From positions 389,484,001-389,548,000 of the forward strand of contig OZ024740.1 in the NCBI GenBank assembly GCA_964016885.1: a DNA stretch of 64,000 bases, read 5' to 3'. Below, one piece after another: positions 31,632 through 43,468 of the stretch (position 1 is the first letter of the stretch; each line of letters begins with the position of its first letter). The notes under the pieces are model-generated. The model was not told where the DNA came from and ran no database searches. It saw only the letters and a program-made list of their open reading frames with translations. A program made the translations under genes and the position numbers. This DNA comes from Eledone cirrhosa. Taxonomy: Eukaryota.

Positions 31632-32197
31632 ATACCTTCCTGCCACATATATATATATGTACATACGTACATATATATATATATGTGTGCATGTATGTAT
31701 ATATATATACATACTACTGTACGTCTGTATACATATATGTATGTACGTATACATACTTATATATATATGTATATATTAGTATAATAAGCTTAACAATAAC
31801 CAAATACTAGAGATATTCAATGGTCTATGGTCACTGATTGGTCGACTCAATTGACCTAATATTTGAAAACAACGGTTTTTTCTACTCTTTTGTCGTTATT
31901 TCTTCTTTCTTTCTTCTTTTTCTTCTTGTTTATATTTATTTCTTCATCCTTTTCACCATTCTATATATTCATTGATATATGTATTTTTTTTTCTTTCTTT
32001 TTCTTATATATATTTTTTGCATATCTTCTTTACACACTCTCTTATATCTCTAATTCGCTACACGTCCTTTTCTTCTTTAAGTTTATCATATTATTATTTG
32101 TGGTATATAAATGTTGAGATTTGATGAAATAAATCACTGCCAATACTGGAATTGAAATATCAAGACCGTAGAGGTATGTCATATATCAAATCATATA

Positions 32198-32259
32198 TTT
32201 TATCTGACGAGGACGTTTTTGAAAAAAACCCAACATACTACCTTCGAAATATAATAAAG
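32198..32259 (+). ncRNA. Degenerate hammerhead in a Penelope 3' fragment (31790-32308)
   Basis: ttttat CTGACGA ggac..cttc GAAA ta TA ataaag. Homologous to 38912-38978, but stem III has collapsed. Confidence 0.55.
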
Positions 32260-32339
32260 CATATATTTTGATTATGTGAATACCTTCATTTGTTAATATT
32301 TTGAATAATATATATATCTATATATATATATATATATAT

Positions 32340-32459
32340 GAAGGCGTGTGGCTGAGTGGTTAGAGAATTGGATTCGCAATCGTAAGGTTGTGAGTTCGAT
32401 TCCTGGACCAGGCGATGCGTTATGTCCTTAAGCAAGACACTTTATTTCACGTTGCTCCT
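32340..32459 (+). mobile_element. tRNA-derived SINE, second family (5' part)
   Basis: A box TGGCTGAGTGG and B box GAGTTCGATTCC. Same family as 47320-47660 and the head of 62910-63240. Confidence 0.75.
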
Positions 32460-32750
32460 TCTACCTGGAGTTGCGACCGATAGATAGTATTAGCAATTGG
32501 AAAGACCAACGGAAACATTGTTCCCTCGGTCCGATTTGACGAAAGTCGATCGTTCCTTTAATATATATATATATAAATACAATATCGGAGAAAGCTTTTT
32601 AGCGATACTCCGGCCAAATTCCAACTCACTCAACAAACATTAGGAAATAAGTGAGTATATTCCCAATTATGCGTTCGGAGTGCTAACTAAAAGTATTGCG
32701 TGGAAAATTGGCTGTATTATTTCATATGAGACATATCTAATATATCTCTT

Positions 32751-32903
32751 CCCAGACGGACGTCTCGTTTCATTATAGGATTCCTACAATTTGGGTGAAA
32801 TTATACCAATTTATGTAGGAGCTTGATATAGATATATATAGATATAGATATAGATAGATCAATAGATATATATTTAAGTGGGCTCCTATAATTCATCAGT
32901 GGG
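32751..32903 (-). ncRNA. Hammerhead ribozyme with branched, microsatellite-containing stem II
   Basis: Reverse complement ccca CTGATGA attatagga..tcctataat GAAA cg-agacgtc-cg TC tggg. Canonical GUC site and perfect 9-bp base of stem II. Confidence 0.85.
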
Positions 32904-32969
32904 TGCCCCAATAATACTAATATTGATAATCTAACCAACATCAGTATTTTATATATATATATATATATA

Positions 32970-34979
32970 AAAGAAAGCCAAATATAAGAAAGCTAACCCT
33001 ATGGCCTATCACGACATTAATACAGAAGCCAAAGAACTTGCCGCCGCCCTTAAGGTAGATAACAAGCTACAATCTCTAGCTAAGCGGGAGGCGTTCCTCA
33101 CCTGAAAGATCACGAGGTAGACTTTACTTCTAACCCCACATGTAGACTAATAAACCCGGCACGCACAGATATGGGACTAGTCAGTAAGGCCATACTTAGA
33201 AACATAGTTAAGACCATTAGGACCAAGTCCAACCTGTCCCAGTGGGAGAACAGCGACTCCGTAATTAAGTGGTTCAACTCCTTCAAATCCAAAAAAGCGA
33301 AGTTCACACAGTTCGACATTGTTGATTTTTACCCGTCGATCTCAGAGACCCTGTTAAACAAAGCGTTGGACTTCGCTACCACTTACACTACCGTCGATGG
33401 TTTAGACAGGGAAATCATCGCTCACTGCCGGAAAACCCTCCTCTTCAACGACGGAGTAGCCTGGGCAAAGAAGTCAACAACTTCAGACCCATTCGACGTC
33501 TCCATGGGATCGTTTGACAGTGCTGACGTATGCGAATTGGTTGGCCTATTTATTTTAGATATATTACCTGTTAGATTCCCGGACTTCCACACGGGAATAT
33601 ACCGCGACGACGGACTGACCTTATCGAGCCATAAAAGTGGTCACGACCTCGACCGTTTAAAAAAGACTTAGCTTCTACCTTCAATGAGTTAGGACTTAGG
33701 ATAACAGTAGTTACTAACCTCTCTAGCGTAGATTTCTTAGACATTCATTTAGACCTTCGCACACACACCTACAGACCCTTCCATAAGCTAAACGAAAAAC
33801 TCAATTACATTCACAAGGACTCATGCCACCCTCCCACTGTTTTTAGAAACTTCGTAAATAATATCAGTACTAGAATCTCAAACTTCTCCTCTTATAAGGC
33901 TATTTTTGACAGGGCGGCACCCTACTATAACACGGCGTTAGCTAACAGCGGCTTCTCGCAGCCTATCACTTACTCTCCCACTATCAACAACACCATTAAG
34001 AAAAGAAAGCGTAGCAATAGACAAACTATCTGTTTCTCTCCTCCCTTCTCACTCAACGTTAAAACCAATGTAGGCAAACAATTTCTAGCCCTCTGAGATA
34101 TACACTTTCCCGTAGGTCATAAATACCGCTCCATCTTTAACCGACACAAAGTAAAACTAGGATAGTCCTGCGCTATGAACATGAAGGCCCACATCACCAA
34201 CAGCCCTAAGAGCAACACCCCACCAGGGTACTCTTGCCGTAAGCCCGAAGCTTGTTCCCTTCAACAGCAATGCAACACACCCGCTGTAATTTATGAAGCT
34301 GTGGTCACTTCCAACCGACCAAATCAACCACAGGAGGTCAAATCCTATGTGGGTATGGCGGAGGCCCGATTTAAGGAACGCTTCCTGAACCACCAGTCGA
34401 CCTTTAGGTACCCGGACAGACGTTCATCCACGAAACTCGCGAGCTACGTATGGTCCCTCAAGGACTCAAGTATAGACTACTCCATTCAATGGAAAGCCAT
34501 CACTAAGTCCAAGCCATACGCAAGGGGAAATCCGTCGTGTGGACTATGTATTGATGAACGAATAAATATTCTAAAGAGATTATGCAATAGCGATTGCCTA
34601 AACACGAGAAATGAATTCTTCACACGTTGTCCACACGTCTCGAAACACCTCTTACACAACTACAAAGCTCCGGATTGAATCACAATAACATCCTAATTTT
34701 CTTATCAACTAGAAACTTTTCGGACTTTCGCAGTTATCTCCCTTACACCTCTCGCACGCTTTTTAGTGTTGCCTGTGTGAAGTGACGGTTTCTGCGCATG
34801 CGCGTTCGTAAGGTTGTCCTTCCTGTTTCGTATAACCATGTCCATACGAGCTGAGGATCCGCTAAGGTGAAACAATTGTTCTCGGTATGGTGAACTAACT
34901 GTTGTGTAACCACTTCTACCTAACTCGTCCCATGGACTGAGTGCTCTACCACTACGGATATTACCTTCTAGTGTTCTAC

Positions 34980-34984
<5 letters not shown>
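32970..34984 (+). mobile_element. Penelope-like element 1, 5'-truncated (RT + GIY-YIG, frameshifted)
   Basis: RT motifs FDIVDFYPSI, GSFDSADVCELVG and YRDDGL; Cys linker SCRKPEACSLQQQC; GIY-YIG VIYEAVV..SYVGMAEARFKERFLNH; HHR in the 3' region. Confidence 0.93.
34842..34890 (+). ncRNA. Minimal hammerhead ribozyme in the 3' pLTR of Penelope 1
   Basis: ccatacgag CTGAGGA tcc-gctaa-ggt GAAA caattg TT ctcggtatgg. Confidence 0.85.
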
Positions 34985-35067
<83 letters not shown>

Positions 35068-35343
35068 GTAGACCTTAAATTAGAGGTTGAAAGTGGTACC
35101 AAAATAGTTAATTTCCTTGATGTTACCCTTAACTTAAACTCTGGTTTTTATTACCCTTTCCATAAGCCCAATGAAAACTTAAATTACGTTAACTATTACT
35201 CTAATCACCCTAAATCTGTGAAAAATGCAATTGTCAATAGTGTACAGAAACGCATAACTAGAATATCTCCTAATAAATCCATATTTGATGAAAAAGCAGG
35301 ATATTACAATGATGCGCTAAGAAAGGCAAGTTATAAAAATAAT

Positions 35344-35528
35344 TGTTTCTACTTTTGGCACAAGGCCAGCAATTACCCAGTGCATTACTGGTACTTTATT
35401 TTATCGACCCCGTAAGGATGAAAGGCAAAGTCAACCTCGGCGGGATTTGAACTCAGATCGTAAAGGGACGTAACAATGCTGGAAAGCATGGCGTCCGACC
35501 CTCTACCGATACTGCCAATCCACCGCCC
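35344..35528 (-). mobile_element. tRNA-derived SINE inserted in the Penelope 2 ORF
   Basis: Full-length copy with a 13-bp TSD TTATAAAAATAAT (35331-35343 / 35529-35541). Confidence 0.92.
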
Positions 35529-36610
35529 TTATAAAAATAATATAGAATATATAGACAATAATAATTTGAATTATAATCCTGATAAAAATAATAATATGTC
35601 TGACATGTTTAAACGAAATTCTAAAAATTATAGTTCAAACACCAGTACTGTGAATAAATCGGGGGAAAAAACCAGAACTAAATCAGTTATATGCCCCCCC
35701 CCCCCCATGCTTCTGTAGCAATAAAAACACCACTCGCTAATCTATTCTTTAAAGCTTTAGATAATTTCTTCCCTATTCAACTTAAATACCGTTCCATATT
35801 TAATAGACACACAATTAAGCTTTCTTATTTTACAACTATGAATATGGCCCAAAACATCGCTAAATTAAATAGTAGAATTCTAAACCATAATCAGCATACA
35901 TTTAACAATAGAATATAATAACACTAACAATATTGATACTATGAATAACATTAACAGCAATATAAGCACTATCAATAGAACATTTCGAAGTAATAATAGT
36001 GTTAACATAAATTATAATAATAATAAATCGAAATGTAATTGTAGAAATAAACCAGATTGCCCTCTACAAAATAATTGTCTGGGTAGCAATTTGGTGTATA
36101 AATGCACCGTAAAAGCAAATAACATCACATACAACTATATAGGGGCAACTTCTTCGACATTTAAATCGAGATTTGGGAATCATAAATGCTCTTTTTCAAA
36201 TCCTAATAGGAAGTCTTCGACTTCTTTATCACAACTTATATGGTCATTAAAAGACAAACATTTAAAATACTTGCTTTTTGGACGAAGCTATGTAATAGTA
36301 GAATTTACTCGAATTCGTCAATATCACCTAACTGCAACCTCTGTACCATGGAGACCCTATTAATAATTACTAATTATGAAAACTTAATTAACAAAAAAAG
36401 TGAATTATTCTCAAACTGCCTTCATAAAGCTTTGTCTACATTCCAAGCCTCGCAAAAAGTCAGGAAAAAACACTAAATAAACAGGTTTTAATTTTTGACG
36501 TCTCTTATTAAAACGTTATAACAGATTATAAAACTTTAATAATGTTTTATTTATCATTTATGATAGAATTAATGTTAGACTAAAGGGTCCTGTTTAAGTA
36601 TATAAACATT

Positions 36611-36789
36611 TTGGCAGTATCGGTAGAGGGTTGGACGCAATGCTTTCCAGCATAGTCACGTCCCTTTACGATCTGAGTTCAAATCCCGCCGAGGTTGACT
36701 TTGCCTTTCATCCTTACGGGGTCGATAAAATAAAGTACCAGTAATGCACTGGGTAATTGCTGGCCTTGTGCCTAAAGTAGAAACAATTA
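36611..36789 (+). mobile_element. tRNA-derived SINE (main family)
   Basis: Family sequence with A/B boxes and tail ..gtagaaacaatta. Confidence 0.88.
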
Positions 36790-37537
36790 TTTGTTAACAT
36801 GTTCTCTTGATGAATATGCACATCTTTGGATTATTTTAGATATATATAATTTAGATTGGGATCCTTATATATTTGTTTTTGTTTTAAATATATAATTTGG
36901 ATATATAAATTATAAGATCACCTGTTATAATTGAACCGTAAATCATTCATGCATTTATATATTTTACTCATTTTGAGTATGTTTTAGGATTCAGAAAGTT
37001 AGATTTGTACATTTTAATTTTTTTTTTATATATATTTAGGTATAAATGTCACAAATGATACTAGTCGACAAATATTGGTCTTTCTTTTCACTGAACTGGA
37101 TGTAAAACTACAATTATAACATTACTAATAATGATTGTAATTATTTATTTATTATATGTATATCGTTTCACTAATACCTATAATACTCTCTATATATATT
37201 TGAACAAATCTGTTTATCTAGTATAATAACATGCTCCTAGTTACATTTATAAGTAATTTGGATACTTAAATGACTCTCTATTGTTATAATTGTTAGATAT
37301 TTTCTTAATGTTCTAAATTATATAACGATTATTACTTAATTTAATTTATTTTAATTAAATTCGGGTTACCTTCGGGTCATTGAAATCCTTAGCTCCTCTT
37401 TCTATCATCTTCGTGGACACTTTGGAAGTGTTGTTAGTCTACTATATAAATTTAAAAAGAACTCTCTTGCATTTTAAAACTATATTTTTTTATATTGGGC
37501 ACTTTTATGATCGCAAACAATTCATTATTTTTACTAG

Positions 37538-37727
37538 GGCGGTGGATTGGCAGTATCGGTAGAGGGTCGGACGCCATGCTTTGACGTATAGAGTTAGGGC
37601 CCTTGCCATTCTGAGTTCAAATCCCGCCGAGGTTAACTTTGTCTTTCATCCTTACGGGGTCGATAAAATAAAGTACCAGTAATGCACTGAGTAATTGCTG
37701 GCCTTGTGCCAAAAGTAGAAACAATTA
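37538..37727 (+). mobile_element. tRNA-derived SINE (main family)
   Basis: Full-length family copy. Confidence 0.9.
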
Positions 37728-38911
37728 TTTTTACTTTTTCACTTTTTATTTTGAATCTAGTCCTTATCCTTAGGATTCATGAAGTTTTGACTTGTATATT
37801 TATAGTATATATCTATTAAATGATCCTATTATAATAATTGATCTAAAACATTAATTTTAACAATATTATCAGTAACTTATTTATTGTATTGTATTATGTC
37901 TAATTGAGAGGTATCATCTTAATCTTTAGACAATATAATCTTTGTGTATTTTTTTGATAAACGCATATATATAATTTAATAATCAAACTTTTTAAAGTTT
38001 AATTATAAGGCCTGTTGATCCTTTAGGCATCCAAATTGTTAATCTTAAAATTCTTTAAAAATTATAACTGTAATTATTTTCTAAATTATATAATGTAAAC
38101 TATTTTCAATATAATATAAATAATTTAATATTATATAATAAATTTAGTAAAGTTTACCTTCGTGAGGATGTTTTCTTTCTCATGTTTGTAAATCCTTTAA
38201 ATTTGATTTCATAAAATTTGATTTTATAAATTAAATATGATAGTAAACTTTAATATTAATACAGATATTTATTAACTTTTATAACCTAAAATATTATTCA
38301 TTACTCTGAACTAACTTAAATTAAATGATTTGAATGTTAACGGTCAACCAGATATGTTTGGATATATCTTGTATATATAGATAATTATCTAAAGACTTGT
38401 TATTAACCTTCATATGAATACACCCAATTATATTTAAAATTTCGATTGATGAATACTTTTAGATAATTCAATAATTCAATGAATTGAGTTTTTTTTCTTT
38501 TTCCTAAAGCTAAGCCCAAACGTTGTTCTATATAGAAATATACAATTAATATCTCCCTTTATATTACACTATAAAAATTATTCCTCTTTATCTCTCTCTC
38601 TGTAATCAACCCTCTTTTGCTTTCTATGCTCTTACTAGCTATATTATCCCCTCATCTGTTTCTTTATCTATGCCTTTCTTTTCTTTCCTCTTTCTTCAGT
38701 AATTTAAATTATTTGAATCTCTAACAGTTATATTGCTGCTATATATTTGTTAAGCTTTCTCACACACACCCTCTCTATTATATGTATTATATGTAGGTTT
38801 TTTTCATGTTTCAATATTAAGGTATATAAATATTGAGTTTTGTCATATATTACTCACTACCATGACTGAATCTTAACCATCTACTATGTCAGGGTATGTC
38901 ATGCATCATCT

Positions 38912-38978
38912 TATTTTATCTGATGAGGACGTACTGTTGAAGTTAACTCAGTACCTCTGAAATATGTATAATAAAATA
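38912..38978 (+). ncRNA. Hammerhead ribozyme at the 3' end of Penelope 2
   Basis: tattttat CTGATGA ggacgtactg..cagtacctct GAAA tatgta TA ataaaata; 8-bp stem I. Confidence 0.85.
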
Positions 38979-39018
38979 TACTTGATCACAAGAATATCTA
39001 TTTTGTTAATATTTTGAA

Positions 39019-39080
<62 letters not shown>

Positions 39081-39499
39081 CATAAGGAAGTGGAGTGTGG
39101 GTATTGTAAGGAGTTACTGCCCGGCGGAAGAGTTCTTGCCGTTTCGGCGTTATTCACACACCGTCGAAACAGCAAGAGCTCAGCCGTCGGGTAGTAACTC
39201 AATACAATACCTACATTCTACTTTCTTAGATATCGAGTACTAAGCTGAACAATGGTCTTATTAGTCTAACTTGGTAACTCCCAATCATTACACACAATTA
39301 TGAAACCGTCGGTAACAGCAATGAAACAGGTGATTATTTGAATCGCTTTTTAATTTATTTAGAAAATTGTTTAATAACCGCTTGCTTCGCTACTTTTTAT
39401 ATTGTTCTGGCATCTCGAATTAGTACCATTGAACCACATGTATTATAAACAACTTGCATATTTCTACAAGTACATTGTAGCTGTTGAGGTATTCATCCA

Positions 39500-39611
<112 letters not shown>

Positions 39612-39644
39612 ACACGCTCATTCATTCACTGTCACTCTCTCACC

Positions 39645-39909
39645 CAAGGGGCTTGTTTCAGCGGGGTACCAGGGGACAAGTCCCCCAACCCACTTTTTCA
39701 AACGTCTATGTTTTATTTTTTGTTTATGTGATATAATAAATTCTTTTTAACCTTATTTTTTTTATATCTGAACTTCATTTGAATATATAACATTTAATTA
39801 GCGTAACATTTTACTTATGTGATAGGGCACCATAAGCAATTTATGCTCCTTTAAGAATCAACAAATGTTGGTTTGTTCCCCCACATTTTTAAGGCAAACG
39901 AAACCCCTG
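39645..39909. mobile_element. hAT-type MITE
   Basis: Perfect 8-bp TSD CTCTCACC. Imperfect TIRs caagggg..tttc / gaaacccctg. Confidence 0.7.
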
Positions 39910-40427
39910 CTCTCACCCATGCACACATGCACAATTTTTACCGAAAGGAAAAATTATTCTGGAGTTTTCTAATTTTTTTCAAACATGTATAAATCTTATC
40001 ATGCAAATTTTAGACTGGGTAGCAGGCAAAAAAATTATATTGTTTTGAATAAAATATGGAAGTGGACTTCGTCACAGTAAATCTGAACGAAGACAATGAT
40101 TTCCACCATAAATCAAAGGCCTTCTTTCTGGTGACCTCTATCTATGAATATATGTAAGTTTTATGTTCATAGATGTGAACGTATTAATTCATTAAATAAA
40201 CATGTTATATATGATATGTATTTGAATACTTATAAATATGAAAATGTGTATACTAATTCAGGGAGCGCCGTGTAGCGGAAGATACTAGGACTATAGCCCC
40301 CTCCCCCCCCCCCCCTCCCTACAAAAAAAGAAAATTCACATAAAAAATAATAATAATGATGAACAGGGGTATTCTGTAATAGGTAATAGCTAGAGGAAAA
40401 GTGAGATAAACACACACACACACACAC

Positions 40428-40484
<57 letters not shown>

Positions 40485-40506
40485 AAGCGAGTAGATGAAT
40501 ATTAAT

Positions 40507-40604
40507 AATTGTTTCTACTTTTGGCACAAGGCCATCAATTACCCAGTACATTACTGGTACTTTATTTTATCGACCCCGTAAGGATGAAAGGCAAAGTTAA
40601 CCTC
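40507..40604 (-). mobile_element. tRNA-derived SINE, 3' half only
   Basis: Family tail, truncated where HHR unit 3 begins. Confidence 0.8.
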
Positions 40605-40698
40605 ATTAATAATAACATTCGATTCGTTTGCAATTATGCAAACAAGCCTCATTTTAGAATGAGCCCCTCATTCTTGCTCTTGTGTTGGCATGTAAACA

Positions 40699-40748
40699 GA
40701 ACTGCAGACACTAATGTTTCTGGGTATTACCCTTCATCAGTACAGTTC
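40699..40748 (-). ncRNA. Type I hammerhead ribozyme, canonical GUC site
   Basis: Reverse complement gaactgta CTGATGA agggt-aat-accca GAAA ca-ttag-tg TC tgcagttc. Confidence 0.9.
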
Positions 40749-40814
40749 ACTGTTCAATTGCCAACTGTCAGAGCTAGTGAAAATATATGATATTTTCTAA
40801 AATATACAGTGAGT

Positions 40815-40910
40815 GATTGGTCTGATTTGCATATTAGCATACTGGCTGATCAGTCAGATCTGCATATTAGCAGATCCACTGATCAGCCAGATTTGCATAT
40901 TAGCAGACTG
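40815..40910 (-). promoter_or_regulatory. Three 33-bp repeats bearing octamer motifs, plus CCAAT
   Basis: ATTTGCAT at 40825 and 40891, ATCTGCAT at 40858, GATTGG at 40815. Confidence 0.5.
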
Positions 40911-41159
40911 GCCAGTCAGTTTCCTGTATACGAACGATTAATGGCCGGCTTTGCCAAATTCAAATTTAAAAAAAAAATGTTCGCTCGACATGGCTGAATA
41001 CAATAAATGTAATCTGAGTTTTTCGAATATTAATGATAATATTCGATTCGTTTGCAATTATGCAAACAAGCCTAATTTTTAAAGCCATGTCAGTAGAATG
41101 AGTCTCTCATTCTTGCTCTTGTGTTGTCATGTAAACAGAACTTTATATATATATATATA

Positions 41160-41645
41160 AGGTCAGCCCTTTGTTCTCAAGATTTGGGGACAGAGGAAGC
41201 GACAGAGATAAATAGCCTGCCTTAGATCAAGCGGTTCTTGATAGAGTAAACATGTGAACTATTGCTTCCTACAGACTCTCTTGGGGTCTTACAGACTCTT
41301 ACTTTCTCTTACTACCTCTCTCTTTCACCCAATCTCTATCTCTTGGTCTCTCTCTTAACCAAGACAGTGAAGTTCATGAAGTTTTCTTGGTAAATACAAT
41401 TTAATTCGATTTTTACAAACAAATAACGTACATACTGTGTATTTTTCGTATAGCTTTGGCGTGAGCTATTTGCAATAAATTAATAATATAGCGGTTTGGT
41501 GTCATCGTGGTTCATTTATATATATTCATTTTCTGCGTAATCAAGGAACTATCAAATCATCATCATCTTATTGAACACTTACTCACTTACCTGCATACAT
41601 GCAACCTCTAGTCTCACTGTATCACACAATAGTGACCACACCACA
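41160..41645 (+). mobile_element. Possible LTR with degenerate PBS
   Basis: TATA-like GATAAATA, AATAAA, and a CA end followed by tagtgacc resembling the TGGTGACC PBS of elements A/B. No second LTR seen. Confidence 0.3.
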
Positions 41646-41846
41646 CAGCAAGCTACAAGTGAGCACGCATGCAACAAACGAATCAACACACCAACACAAT
41701 CAACTACCAACATGACCATCAAAAACCATCGCTATATGACATCATTTTAATATGGTTTATGTATTTGCACATATTTCTCTGTGTTCTATTATTTCATTTG
41801 AAATAATAAATATTGAATGATTGATATATGTGTGCGAGTGTGTGTT

Positions 41847-41877
<31 letters not shown>

Positions 41878-42013
41878 GGGGTCTGTGTGTGTGCGTGTGA
41901 GATGATAATTCCGTGTTAATAAATTCGTTATTAGCTTTAGGTATAGATTAATAAACATCTGTGCAAACAAGTTTTTGTGCAGCAAGTATTCCTTTGTTGC
42001 GAACACTGTAGAG

Positions 42014-42332
42014 CAGGGGCGTGCAACTGGCGGCCCGCGGGCCACATTCCGGCCCGCCAGACCAGTCAGAGTGGCCCGCGATGACCGTTTTTAATTTTTA
42101 CTTTGTGGGCTTATTTAGAATTTTTTTCGTAACCGTAATACAATTTTCTGTTAGTTGACCTATACTAAAGCGCTTCGCTGATAGGGTTATGTGTGTTATA
42201 ATTTCCCAGTTCCGTGTTATGGAAAGAAGTTGTGTTGAATCTTTGGAATAATGCTTAATAAATATTAATGGCCCTAATAGTTGTTCCAATGTTCAAAAGT
42301 GGCCCGCCAATGGAATATCTTGCACACCGTTG
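42014..42332. mobile_element. hAT (Charlie-like) MITE
   Basis: TIRs caggggcgtgcaa / ttgcacaccgttg, TSD CTGTAGAG/CCGTAGAG, repeated GGCCCGC subterminal motifs. Confidence 0.8.
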
Positions 42333-42608
42333 CCGTAGAGTAAGGGTAAGCTCCATTTACTGAACCTGTCACACTTTAGTAAAGTATTCTTTAAAGGTAC
42401 AAAACAACACTATGTATGACTGCATTACATTCTAAACTAAAGTGTATACCCTAATACTATAAATTCCAAAATGATATGTCCACTAGCAAATATACTATAA
42501 ACAATTGAATTAACAAATCCAAATAGATATATTTGCAAGATACTAAGAGTTAGATAGGCTATAATGTATTATTATTTGTTCTCATTCAGTCGACATGTGA
42601 AATGAAAA

Positions 42609-43468
42609 TAGACCTGTCGCCTCTTCCCGTCCGACCGGGGAGATCACTTTCTCTTGTGAAAATGGGTATAGCTTTCATTATGTAAAATCTCCCCATTTTG
42701 CCTCATTTTTCACCGTTTTGGGGACTTTTATTTTCACGGTACTCCCCGTTTGGGCTTTTAGAGGTTTGCAGGACTGCGAATAGTTTTGAAAATAGATTAG
42801 TATTGACTCTTTTAATAAGTAATATTAAGCTCGAGTCAACTAAATTTGTGATGTACATTTGATTATCATTTGCACCATTTCACTTCACTTACACAATTAC
42901 ATAAATATTTCAACAGTAACATTGTTGACTTTGATTCAGTCACAATTGCAGGATCAAATTACGCACAAAATCTCTCCTTGACCCATTTCCAGTATGTCAT
43001 TAAAGAAGCATCCAAAATGGCTTGTTTTTCATACAAATAACCATCCATAAACCATACAAAGGAGACATTCACACTGCATAGAATGATAGTAATTACTATT
43101 TATTTAGTTGGTGAAGGTTATGAATCAGTCTTAATGTTTAACTCAGTTTCTGCTTTAAGCAACTTCCATCAACAGCAATGGCTAACTTTTTAGTTTAATT
43201 TTGTCAAGATTTGTACAGTTTATGCATAAAGATGTGTAACGTCACATGTGCAATTGGTCAGCTGGGTTAACTACAAACCCGTCAACTCTCCCTGTCGGAC
43301 GGGGAGATCTCCCCATTTTGGCTCATTTCTCACAGGCCTCCCGTTTTTGTGAAAGTGGGTATAGCATTCATTATGTAAAATCTCCCCATTTTGCCTCATT
43401 TTTCCTTATTTTGGGTGCACCTTTTTCATGGTACTCCCGGTTTGGGTTTTTAGAGGTTGGCAGGTCTG
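42609..43468. mobile_element. Two copies of a ~170-195 bp MITE (42609-42776, 43274-43468)
   Basis: Mutually similar; TIR-like agacctgtc/caaacccgtcaac .. gttggcaggtctg. Confidence 0.6.

Larger units (their letters stand above)
30897..31760 (-). mobile_element. Retrozyme/pLTR-like non-coding unit 2 (430 bp period, 1.7 copies + inverted tail)
   Basis: ggaaaaaatgaaacg at 30897 and 31326, with two HHRs 430 nt apart. 31645-31760 is an inverted copy of ~31380-31475. Flanked by (TA)n. Confidence 0.85.
35065..39020 (+). mobile_element. Penelope-like element 2, 5'-truncated, long AT-rich 3' UTR
   Basis: RT thumb VNFLDVTLNL..YPFHKPN..SNHP; CNCRNKPDCPLQNNCL; LVYKC..YIGATSSTFKSRFGNH. Three SINE insertions; a terminal HHR followed by (TA)n. 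Confidence 0.85.
40605..41142 (-). mobile_element. Retrozyme/pLTR-like non-coding unit 3 (~424 bp period)
   Basis: attcgattcgtttgc at 40617 and 41041. Contains an HHR and three 33-bp octamer repeats; (TA)n at the right end. Confidence 0.85.

Noticed and set aside
32340-32412. tRNA gene
   Set aside because: The tRNA-like head continues into a SINE body; no acceptor stem or terminator.
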